A stretch of 62,909 nt of DNA from Myxococcota bacterium (lineage in GTDB: Bacteria; Myxococcota_A; UBA9160; PR03): assembly GCA_041611735.1 (NCBI GenBank), contig JBFIML010000025.1, forward strand, positions 1 to 62,909, read 5' to 3'. The position numbers and the translations under genes were made by a program. Positions 19,380 to 27,218 of the stretch are shown one piece after another (positions within the stretch are counted from its first letter, which is position 1; each line of letters starts with the position of its first letter). Under the pieces are notes generated by a model. The model made no database searches and was not told the origin of the DNA. It saw only the letters and a program-made list of their open reading frames with translations.

Positions 19380-19683
19380 TTCCAGCGGGTCGGGACGGCA
19401 CGCCTCGCCGGCGGCGAAGCACCAGGGGGCGGGCGCTTGGGCGACCACCTCCCCGGAGCGGAAGGGCCCGCCCGGGAGCGGGCGGTCGTGGAAGAGCCCC
19501 GCGAGGAGCCTTGCCGCCCGCGCCATCCCGAGCCCGAGCAGCCCGAAGCCGACCCGGCGCGCAGGCCGCGAGTCGACCGGAGGAGACGCCGGGCGGGTTG
19601 CGGCCCGCGCGGGGAACGCCGCCGCCAGCTATGTTCCCGTCGGTTGTGTTCCGTCCGCCCCGGACGGCGGGCGAGGAGGCGCC

Positions 19684-20691
19684 ATGCCCATCCTGGAACG
19701 AGACCCCTGGCGCGAGCAGTACTTCGAAGGGGTTGCCTGCCCCGACGACCTGGTGATCCCCACCGACGACCCAGACTGTTGGCTCCTGTACCCGGAGCAC
19801 CGCTGGGTCTACAACAAGCTCCTGGTCTGCGAGACCCAGAGCCTCGAGCACGGACCGCACGGGATCGCGCCGCCCCGCTTCCCGGTGTTCAGCAAGCCGA
19901 TCTACAACCTGCGCGGCATGGGATCCGGCAGCCGGGTGCTGCGCACGCTCGAGGCGTACCGGCGCGAGCAGACGCCGGGGCATCTGTGGATGCCGCTCCT
20001 TCAGGGCGAGCACGTGAGCTCCGACGCCGCCGTGGTGGACGGGCGGCCGGTCTGGTGGCGCCACGCCATCGGCCATCCGCTCCCGGACGGCATGTTCGAC
20101 CACTGGATCGTCCTCGCAGAGGCGCGTCCGGAGCTGGAGGCCTACTGCGCCGACTGGCTGGCCCGGAACCTGCGCGGCTACACGGGCATGGTCAACCTGG
20201 AGACGATCGGAACGAAGATCATCGAGGTGCACCTTCGCTTCGCGGATCAGTGGCCGGACCTGTACGGGAAGGGCTGGGTCGAAGCCCTGGTCGCCCTGTA
20301 CCGCACCGGAGACTGGAGCTTCCGCGACGACGACCGGCGCACCGGCTACAGCGTGGTGCTCTTCGGCGGCCATGGGCTCCAGTATCACCGGGCAGACCCG
20401 GCACTCGTCGACGAACTACGCCGACGCTCCGGGGTCTCCAGCATCCAGATCACATTCCACGAAGACCGACCCCCCGAGCTGCACGCGATGCCCCCGGGCG
20501 GCTTCCGGCTCGCCATCGTGAACTGCTGGGACCTGGAGACGGGCATCGCCGTGCGCGAGCAGCTCGCCCTCTCCTTCTGGAGCACCCAGAAGCTCGGCCG
20601 GCGGCGGCGGCGCGGCGGAGCCTCCGGCGACGCCCCGCGACGTCCGGAACGCGGGGCGCGAGGCGCCGGCTCCCCCCGGAAGGCGCGGTGA
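19684..20691 (+). CDS. Conserved hypothetical protein, probable ATP-grasp fold
   Basis: RBS GAGGAGG; YNKL, FPVFSKP..N..GMG.G, W.PLLQGEH and GMVNLE...IIEVHLR resemble ATP-grasp motifs. Confidence 0.65.
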   Translation: MPILERDPWREQYFEGVACPDDLVIPTDDPDCWLLYPEHRWVYNKLLVCETQSLEHGPHGIAPPRFPVFSKPIYNLRGMGSGSRVLRTLEAYRREQTPGHLWMPLLQGEHVSSDAAVVDGRPVWWRHAIGHPLPDGMFDHWIVLAEARPELEAYCADWLARNLRGYTGMVNLETIGTKIIEVHLRFADQWPDLYGKGWVEALVALYRTGDWSFRDDDRRTGYSVVLFGGHGLQYHRADPALVDELRRRSGVSSIQITFHEDRPPELHAMPPGGFRLAIVNCWDLETGIAVREQLALSFWSTQKLGRRRRRGGASGDAPRRPERGARGAGSPRKAR

Positions 20692-22718
20692 CGATCGTCG
20701 AGCGCTTTCCGCGTCGGGTCCGGGTGATCGAGAACGCATGGATCCCGCTCTCGGACGGGATGCGCCTCGCCGCCCGCATCTGGCTGCCCGACGACGCCGA
20801 GACCCGCCCCGTGCCCGCGATCCTCGAATACCTCCCCTACCGCAAGCGGGACTTCACGCGGGCCCGCGACGAACCCATGCACCACTACTTCGCCGGCCAC
20901 GGCCTTGCGGCGGTGCGGGTGGACATCCGGGGCTCCGGCGACTCGGACGGGCTCCTGACCGACGAGTACACCCAGCAGGAGCACGACGACGCCCTCGAGA
21001 TCCTGGCCTGGATCGCCGAGCAGCCCTGGTGCACCGGCGCGGTCGGGATGATGGGCATCTCCTGGGGCGGCTTCAACTCGCTCCAGGTGGCCGCCATGCG
21101 CCCTCCGCAGCTCAAGGCCATCATCACGCTCTGCTCCACCGACGACCGCTACGCCGACGACGCCCACTACATGGGCGGGTGCCTCCTGAACGAGAACCTG
21201 CAATGGGGCTCCTTCCTGCTCACCTTCAATGCCCTGCCTCCCGACCCGGAGCTGGTGGGCGAGCGCTGGCGCGACATGTGGCTGGAGCGGTTGCGCCACG
21301 TGGTGCCTTTTCCGGGCCACTGGCTCCACCACCAACGCCGGGACGACTACTGGAAGCACGGCTCCGTGTGCGAGGACTACGGACGCATCCGCTGTCCGGT
21401 CTACGCGATCGGAGGATGGGCCGACGGCTACTCGAATGCGGTGCCACGCCTGCTGGCCGGCCTGCGCGCCCCCCGCAAGGGCCTGATCGGCCCCTGGGCG
21501 CACGCCTTCCCCCACGACGGCGTGCCCGGCCCCGCCATCGGCTTCCTGCAGGAGGCGGTGCGGTGGTGGCGGCAGTGGCTCGAGGGGCGCGACACGGGGG
21601 TCCTCGACGAGCCCATGCTGCGAGCGTGGATGCTGGAGAGCGTCCCGCCCCGGCCCTACTACGAGGAGTGGCCGGGGCGCTGGGTGGCAGAGCCGAGCTG
21701 GCCGTCACCCCGCATCCGCACCCGCCGCCTGGCCCTGAATGCCGCGGGACTCGGCGAGCAGGCGGGGCCGGAGACGGCCCTCACGGTCGCCTCCCCCCAG
21801 ACCACGGGGCTCACTGCCGGAGAGTGGTGCGCCTTCGGGGTCGAGGGCGAGATGCCCGGCGACCAACGCCCCGACGACGGCCGCTCGCTCTGCTTCGACT
21901 CCGACGCCCTCTCGGAGCGGACCGAGATCCTGGGCGCTCCCTCGGTCGCCCTCGAGCTCGCGGCGGACCGACCCGTGGCGCTGGTGGCCGTGCGCCTGAA
22001 CGACGTGGCGCCCGACGGGACCTCCACGCGAGTCACCTACGGCGTCTTGAATCTCACCCATCGGGAGAGCCACGAGGAAGTCCAGCCGCTCGTGCCGGGG
22101 AAGCGCTATCGGGTGCACGTCGCCCTGAACGACGTGGCCTGGGCCTTCCCAGCCGGGCATCGCCTGCGCGTGGCCATCTCCTCCGCCTACTGGCCCATCG
22201 TCTGGCCCCCTCCGGAGCCGGTGGTGCTCACGCTGTTCGCCGGGGCCAGCACGCTCGAGCTCCCCGTTCGACCGCCCTGCGCAGAGGATGCGAGCCTGCG
22301 CGTCTTCGAGCCGCCCGAGCGCGCTCCCTCCGAGGAGCCGCGCCGCCTGCGGCCGGCGCCCTTCCGGCGCACCATCGAGCACGACCTGGCCACCCACGAG
22401 ACCATCTGCACCCTGGTGAGCGAGGGCGGAGACCTCGGTGCGGCCCTCGCCCGGGTGGAGGCCATCGACCTGGAGGTCGGACACACCATCACGCGGCGCT
22501 ACCGCATCGGGGAGACGGACCCGCTCTCGGCGCGCGCCGAGATGGAGCAGCGGACGCTGTTCCGCCGCGGCGCCTGGGCGGCGCGGATCGAGACGCGCTC
22601 GCGCCTCTCCTCGACGCGCAAGGCGTTCCGCTTCGAGGCAGAGCTCGAAGCCTACGAAGGCCAGGAGCCCGTCTTCGCCCGCAGCTGGGACTTCGAGATT
22701 CCGCGCGACCTGGTCTAG
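20688..22718 (+). CDS. CocE/NonD family hydrolase (peptidase S15-like)
   Basis: GTGA overlap; LEYLPYRKRD, VDIRGSGDSDG, GISWGG nucleophile, GGWADGY and IGPWAH motifs. Confidence 0.93.
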   Translation: MTIVERFPRRVRVIENAWIPLSDGMRLAARIWLPDDAETRPVPAILEYLPYRKRDFTRARDEPMHHYFAGHGLAAVRVDIRGSGDSDGLLTDEYTQQEHDDALEILAWIAEQPWCTGAVGMMGISWGGFNSLQVAAMRPPQLKAIITLCSTDDRYADDAHYMGGCLLNENLQWGSFLLTFNALPPDPELVGERWRDMWLERLRHVVPFPGHWLHHQRRDDYWKHGSVCEDYGRIRCPVYAIGGWADGYSNAVPRLLAGLRAPRKGLIGPWAHAFPHDGVPGPAIGFLQEAVRWWRQWLEGRDTGVLDEPMLRAWMLESVPPRPYYEEWPGRWVAEPSWPSPRIRTRRLALNAAGLGEQAGPETALTVASPQTTGLTAGEWCAFGVEGEMPGDQRPDDGRSLCFDSDALSERTEILGAPSVALELAADRPVALVAVRLNDVAPDGTSTRVTYGVLNLTHRESHEEVQPLVPGKRYRVHVALNDVAWAFPAGHRLRVAISSAYWPIVWPPPEPVVLTLFAGASTLELPVRPPCAEDASLRVFEPPERAPSEEPRRLRPAPFRRTIEHDLATHETICTLVSEGGDLGAALARVEAIDLEVGHTITRRYRIGETDPLSARAEMEQRTLFRRGAWAARIETRSRLSSTRKAFRFEAELEAYEGQEPVFARSWDFEIPRDLV

Positions 22719-22940
22719 GAGCCTGACCCAAGGCTGGGCGCGACGTCCGGACGCCGATCCATCGCCGCTGCCCGCGTTGCGCTCCCTGCACCGTAGCGTC
22801 GCGATGGCTCGGTGGCGCGCCAACCAGCGGGGGCCCGCCTGCGCTCGAGCTACGCCTCGCTGCGCGGCGGCTTGCCGCCTTGCCAGCGGCGCGTCTCGGC
22901 GCCCGGCCCTTCCCACGCCAGTCTTGGTTCAGGCTCCTAG
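22715..22940. mobile_element. MITE-like element (218 bp) with 19-bp terminal inverted repeats and CTAG duplication
   Basis: CTAG-GAGCCTGACCCAAGGCTGG ... CCAGTCTTGGTTCAGGCTC-CTAG; IRs match 17/19; no transposase inside. Confidence 0.8.
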
Positions 22941-23971
22941 CCGGCGACCCGCGCCTGGGCGACGTCGAGCAGGAGCCCGAGCATGCCCGCGTAGTCGAGG
23001 CCGGCGAAGCCGGCCATGTAGGCGAGCTTCCCGTCCCAGGCCCAGGCGGGGTTCGGATTCACCTCGAGCAGCTTGATCTCGCCCCGCTCGTCGGCCCGGA
23101 AGTCGAAGCGGCCGTAGTCGCGCAGGCCGAGCCGCTCGAACAGCCGGCGCGACGAGTCGGCGAGACGCCGCCCGGCGGCCGCATCGAGCCGTGCCTCCCG
23201 GAAGCGGATCTCGGTCCAGTAGGGAGAATCGGGCTGCGTCTTCGACTCCCAGGAAAGGATCGGCGCGAGCTCGGGGCCGAGACGGGAGAAGTCCACCTCG
23301 AGCACGGGGAGGGTGCGCAGATCGCGCCCCGGGTTGCCCACCACCCCGACCCCGTACTCGGGGCCCGGGAGGTATTCCTGGAGCAGGACGTCGCGGCCGG
23401 GCAGGCTGCTGCGCAGGCCCGCCAGGTACCGCTGCGCCCGGGCCGCGTCCGCCACCACCGCATCCTGGGTGATGCCGACGCTCCCGTCACCCTGGTTCGG
23501 CTTGACCAGCGCCGGGTAGCGGCGGGGCAGAACCCGACCCACCTGGTCCGCGGGGACGTAGATCTCCTCCGGAACCGCAACCCCGAGCTGCTTGGCCACC
23601 GCGCGTACGACCTGCTTGTCGTAGCAGAGCGACATGCAGGCCGGGGGCGCGCCGCTGTAGGGCACGCCGAGGAGCTCGAGCAGCGCGGGCAGGTGCGGCT
23701 CCAGGGCGGCCTGGTTGCGATAACCCGTATCGCACAGGTTCAGCACGAAGGCCGGCGTCCGGTCGAGGAGATCGGCGAGCAAGGTCTCGTGGCGGTCCCA
23801 GTACGTGAAGCGATAGCCCTTCAGGGTCCCGAGGGCCGCCTGCAGGCGCTTCACGCACTCGAGATCCTCGGCATGGAAACGACCCTCGTGCTTGGTGGCG
23901 TCGGGCAGGGTCGGATCGCCGAGGATCACGGTGACCTCGGGCAGGGGCCGGGCGGGCGTCGGGCCGGACAT
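22937..23971 (-). CDS. D-Ala-D-Ala ligase-like ATP-grasp protein
   Basis: VLNLCD, LELLGVPYSG, CYDK, LVKPNQGDGSVGI, QEYLPG.E, YGRFDFR and LEVNPNP motifs. Confidence 0.88.
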   Translation of the reverse strand: MSGPTPARPLPEVTVILGDPTLPDATKHEGRFHAEDLECVKRLQAALGTLKGYRFTYWDRHETLLADLLDRTPAFVLNLCDTGYRNQAALEPHLPALLELLGVPYSGAPPACMSLCYDKQVVRAVAKQLGVAVPEEIYVPADQVGRVLPRRYPALVKPNQGDGSVGITQDAVVADAARAQRYLAGLRSSLPGRDVLLQEYLPGPEYGVGVVGNPGRDLRTLPVLEVDFSRLGPELAPILSWESKTQPDSPYWTEIRFREARLDAAAGRRLADSSRRLFERLGLRDYGRFDFRADERGEIKLLEVNPNPAWAWDGKLAYMAGFAGLDYAGMLGLLLDVAQARVAG

Positions 23972-24014
23972 GGGCGGGAGAGCTTCCGGCACGCCAGCGC
24001 CTGCGTCCAGTGGC

Positions 24015-25055
24015 TCAGCGTTCCGGCGCCGTCCGCTCCATGCACTCCGCGAGCAGCGCGTCGGCGGTCTCCGCGATGGTTTCGCGGAGCTCGAGGCCGG
24101 CGAGCCAACGGACCGGGATGGCCGCTTCCCCGTACAGGACCCCCAGCAGGCTGCCAGCCACGGCGCCGGTGCTGTCGCTGTCGCCGCCGTGGTTCACGGC
24201 GAGACGCAGGCCGCTCTCCAGGTCGGGGGCGGCACGCGCCGCGTAGACGGCGATGGCCAGCGCCTCCTCCGCCACCCAGCCGGCGCCGAGCGTCTCGACG
24301 ACCTCCGCCGACGGGGCGTCCCCGGCGGCCCGGGCCGACGCCGCCGTCACGGCCCGGGTCGTCTCCTCGTGGCCAGGCAGGCGACGCAACACCGCCAGGG
24401 CCTCGTCGAGGGCGTCGGCAAGCGGCGTCCCAAGCAGGAGCTCGCGCACCAGGAGCGCCTGGAAGCCGGCGGCGAGCTGGCCCGTCGGGTGGCCGTGGGT
24501 CAGGGCAGCCACCCGGCGCGCCAGCTCGAAGGGGTCGTCCACGGCCAACGCCAGACCCACGGGCGCGATGCGCATCACGCCGCCGCAGCCCTTGCTGTGG
24601 TTGAGCGGTTGCTCGACGCGGCCCATGCGGGACCCACGCAGGCCCGCCAGGCAGGTGGCACCCGGGCCGCGGGGCTCGTCGAGGCCCGATCGCCCCCACA
24701 GCCACCCCTCCTGGGCCGCGCCGGCGAAGCTCGCATGGGCCGAGCGCACGCCCTGGGCGCGCAGCCAGCGCAGGTAGGCCCGGTGCACGATGCGCGCCGT
24801 CTCGTCCCAGCGTCCCAGGGCGCCCGCCCGGGCCGCCAGGACCAGGCCCTCGGCCGTGAACAGCGTCATCTGGGTGTCGTCGGTGACGGCCCCGGGACGG
24901 ACCCGCCCGGGCGCATAGTCGGCCACTCCCTGCGGCCCGAAGCGCGCCCGGATGGCGGCGAGGGAGGCGCCTTCCAGCGGCGCGCCGAGGGCATCGCCCA
25001 CCGCCCCCGCCAGGAGCGAGCCGCGAACACCGCTGCGGAGCCGTTGCGCGTCCAC
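24015..25055 (-). CDS. ADP-ribosylglycohydrolase (DraG/ARH family)
   Basis: GAVGDALGAPLE, VTDDTQM, SKGCGGVMRIAP, ALTHGHP and GGDSDSTG motifs. Confidence 0.93.
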   Translation of the reverse strand: MDAQRLRSGVRGSLLAGAVGDALGAPLEGASLAAIRARFGPQGVADYAPGRVRPGAVTDDTQMTLFTAEGLVLAARAGALGRWDETARIVHRAYLRWLRAQGVRSAHASFAGAAQEGWLWGRSGLDEPRGPGATCLAGLRGSRMGRVEQPLNHSKGCGGVMRIAPVGLALAVDDPFELARRVAALTHGHPTGQLAAGFQALLVRELLLGTPLADALDEALAVLRRLPGHEETTRAVTAASARAAGDAPSAEVVETLGAGWVAEEALAIAVYAARAAPDLESGLRLAVNHGGDSDSTGAVAGSLLGVLYGEAAIPVRWLAGLELRETIAETADALLAECMERTAPER

Positions 25056-25060
25056 TCGGT

Positions 25061-25141
25061 CCAGGCACCCGCGCGACCCGGGTGATCGCGCACTTCTCCT
25101 ACGAGATGGAGTCCACCCGCCTGCGCGAGGTGAAGGCCTAG
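25061..25141 (+). pseudogene. 3'-end remnant of an unidentified gene (PGTRATRVIAHFSYEMESTRLREVKA*)
   Basis: 25 consecutive codons (25064-25138) all end in G/C; TAG shares CTAG with the convergent gene's stop. Confidence 0.5.
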
Positions 25142-25605
25142 CGGGGCTCCAGGATCACGACCGGGATGTCGCGCTCCGTACGCTTCTGGTAGTCGTCGAA
25201 GTCGCTGTACATGGCCGTGAGCCGCGGCCAGTAGCGCTGCTTCTCCTCGGCGTTCGCGGTGCGCGCGCGCATCTTGCGCGCCGCGCTCTCGATCTCGACC
25301 TCGCACTCCGGGCGCGCCAGGAGGTTCTGGTACCACTGCGGGTGCATGGGCATCCCGCCCTGGGAGCCCACCACCACGACCCGCTCGCCATCCGCCAGGT
25401 AGAGCAGGGGCGTGGTGCGCGGCTCCCCGCTCTTGCGGCCGATGGTGGTGAGCAGGCAGATGGGCGCCCCTTGCAGCCAGCGGCCCCCGATCCGCCCGCC
25501 GCTCTTGCGGTAGATCCACACGTTGGCTCGTGACATGATCCGCATCAGGGGACGAGCCATGCGAATCTCGCGCTCGGTGAAGGGGCGGGGCGAACTCCTG
25601 GCCAT
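25138..25605 (-). CDS. Deazaflavin (F420)-dependent nitroreductase family oxidoreductase (Ddn-like)
   Basis: LLTTIGRKSGEPRTTPLLY, S.GG...HPQWY.NL.A.P and YQKRTERDIPVVILEP motifs. Confidence 0.92.
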   Translation of the reverse strand: MARSSPRPFTEREIRMARPLMRIMSRANVWIYRKSGGRIGGRWLQGAPICLLTTIGRKSGEPRTTPLLYLADGERVVVVGSQGGMPMHPQWYQNLLARPECEVEIESAARKMRARTANAEEKQRYWPRLTAMYSDFDDYQKRTERDIPVVILEPR

Positions 25606-25633
25606 GGCAGATCCTCCGGCGCAACGGTTGCCA

Positions 25634-26062
25634 TCATACCCCAACCTCCTCCACGGAACGGGCCAGGCAGCGCGCCAGCTCCGCGAGCCCGGCGTCGTCG
25701 CCCCGCTCGCGAGCGTGGATGCGCAACGCATCGCCTCCGGAGCGCGGGATCAGATGCATGTGGTAGTGGAACACGGTCTGACCCGCCGCCGCACCATTCA
25801 GCTGGAAAACGCCGAGGCCCTGGGGCGCGAGTTCGCGTCGGATCGCGCGGCCCACCCGCCGGGCGTTGGCGGCCACCGCGCACAAGGCATCGCGGGTTGC
25901 CTCGAAGAGGTTCTCGTAGTGCTGCCGCGTCACGATCAGGGTGTGCCCGTGGGCCACCGGAAAGATGTCGAGGAAGGTCACGGTGAGCTCGTCCTCGTGC
26001 ACCTTGTGACAGGGGGCCTCGCCGCGCACGATGCGGCAGAAGATGCAGTCGGTGCATGCCAT
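25634..26062 (-). CDS. HIT family hydrolase
   Basis: CIFCRIVRGE, FLDIFP...GHTL and AGQTVFHYHMHLIPR motifs. Confidence 0.95.
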   Translation of the reverse strand: MACTDCIFCRIVRGEAPCHKVHEDELTVTFLDIFPVAHGHTLIVTRQHYENLFEATRDALCAVAANARRVGRAIRRELAPQGLGVFQLNGAAAGQTVFHYHMHLIPRSGGDALRIHARERGDDAGLAELARCLARSVEEVGV

Positions 26063-26096
26063 CGCGGAACCTCTCCGGGGGCTTGAGCGCCGGGGC

Positions 26097-27080
26097 TCAG
26101 TCGTCGCCGAGCGCAAACGCGTACTCGGAGTCGCGCGTGCGCAGGAACCAGCGGTTGCGAGCGTCGAAGCCGATTACGCGGCTGGCGCTGGCCAGGTCGA
26201 GACGCCAGCCCGCCGGGTCCCGGCGCAGGAAGTAGGGGGGCACGCGCCCCTCGGAAGCCTCGAAGCGGAGCACCGCGAGGTCTCCCCTGCGGTGCACTCG
26301 GGGCGCCCCGGCCGAGCCCAGGGCGCGCAGCTCCTGGTCCTGCTGGGCATCGGTCAGCACGCGAGCGGCGAGCAGCCGGCGCGTCTCGGGCGTGTAGAGA
26401 CCGAGCTCCGGATCCTTGACGCCGCGCGCCAGCACGTCCCGGTAGGCCGCGAAGGCGGCTTCCGGACTGGGCTTCGGCCCGAAGTGTCGGGCTTCGGCAT
26501 GGGCCGGCTTCGGGTCGGGCCCGCTCCCGATCGCCACGGGTACGCGCGCTCCCGCTCCTCCGGAGAGCTGCTTCGGGGCCGGGACGCCGGGTTCATCGCT
26601 TGCGGCCGTGGATTCGAGCGCGCGAGACACCAGCAGCTCCACGGTGGCCTCGACCCCGGGTCCCACGCGGGAGGCCCGGAAGAAGGGGGCCATCTGCTCG
26701 CGTTCGATGCGGGCCACGAAGGCGTCCGGGAACAGGCCCTCCAGGTCGTAGCCGATCTCCATGCGCACCGCTTCGCCCTCGGGATCGATCAGGAGCAGCA
26801 CGCCGCGCGCGCCGCGCGTGCGCCGGCCGATGGCCCGCTCTTCGAAGCGGCGCAGCGTCGCCGCTGCGGGATCGGCGGAGCGGGTGGCCAGGACTTCGAC
26901 GTGCAGCTCCACGTCGAGGTCGTGCAACAAGCGCTCCTGCCAGGCCTCGATGCGAGCCCGCTCACCCGGGTCGAGCAGCCCCGACGGGTCGGTCAGGGCG
27001 GACGCGGCGGCCAGCGGGCGCTCGCAGCCCGGGAGCAGAACGAGAACCAGCAGGGGAAGGAGCCACGCCACCCGCTTCAT
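26097..27080 (-). CDS. TPM-domain lipoprotein with a C-terminal domain of unknown function
   Basis: Signal ending LLPGC; DPSGLL, RGVLLLI..VRMEIGYDLEGLFPD TPM motifs. Confidence 0.8.
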   Translation of the reverse strand: MKRVAWLLPLLVLVLLPGCERPLAAASALTDPSGLLDPGERARIEAWQERLLHDLDVELHVEVLATRSADPAAATLRRFEERAIGRRTRGARGVLLLIDPEGEAVRMEIGYDLEGLFPDAFVARIEREQMAPFFRASRVGPGVEATVELLVSRALESTAASDEPGVPAPKQLSGGAGARVPVAIGSGPDPKPAHAEARHFGPKPSPEAAFAAYRDVLARGVKDPELGLYTPETRRLLAARVLTDAQQDQELRALGSAGAPRVHRRGDLAVLRFEASEGRVPPYFLRRDPAGWRLDLASASRVIGFDARNRWFLRTRDSEYAFALGDD

Positions 27081-27218
27081 GGGCCCAGCATCGCCCAGGG
27101 CGCGCCCGCTCGCTGCCCTGCGGCGCTGCGCCGCGGGCGCGGGCCGCCCGAGGCCGGACCCGTCCCAGCGGAACGGGGTGTGCCGGTCGCCACGAAACGG
27201 GCTGCTAGGATCCGCGCG

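Noticed and set aside
19380..19683. 300-bp gap as an ncRNA/riboswitch, or a minus-strand membrane-protein remnant (RVGFGLLGLGMARAARLLAGLF)
   Set aside because: No recognisable RNA consensus, and the peptide similarity is too weak to call without Rfam or BLASTx.
18141..22940. Composite transposon carrying citrate synthase, the ATP-grasp-like gene and CocE
   Set aside because: The 18141 copy is a right-type end facing away from the segment, so it does not bracket it as an inverted pair. There is no transposase and the cargo looks native.
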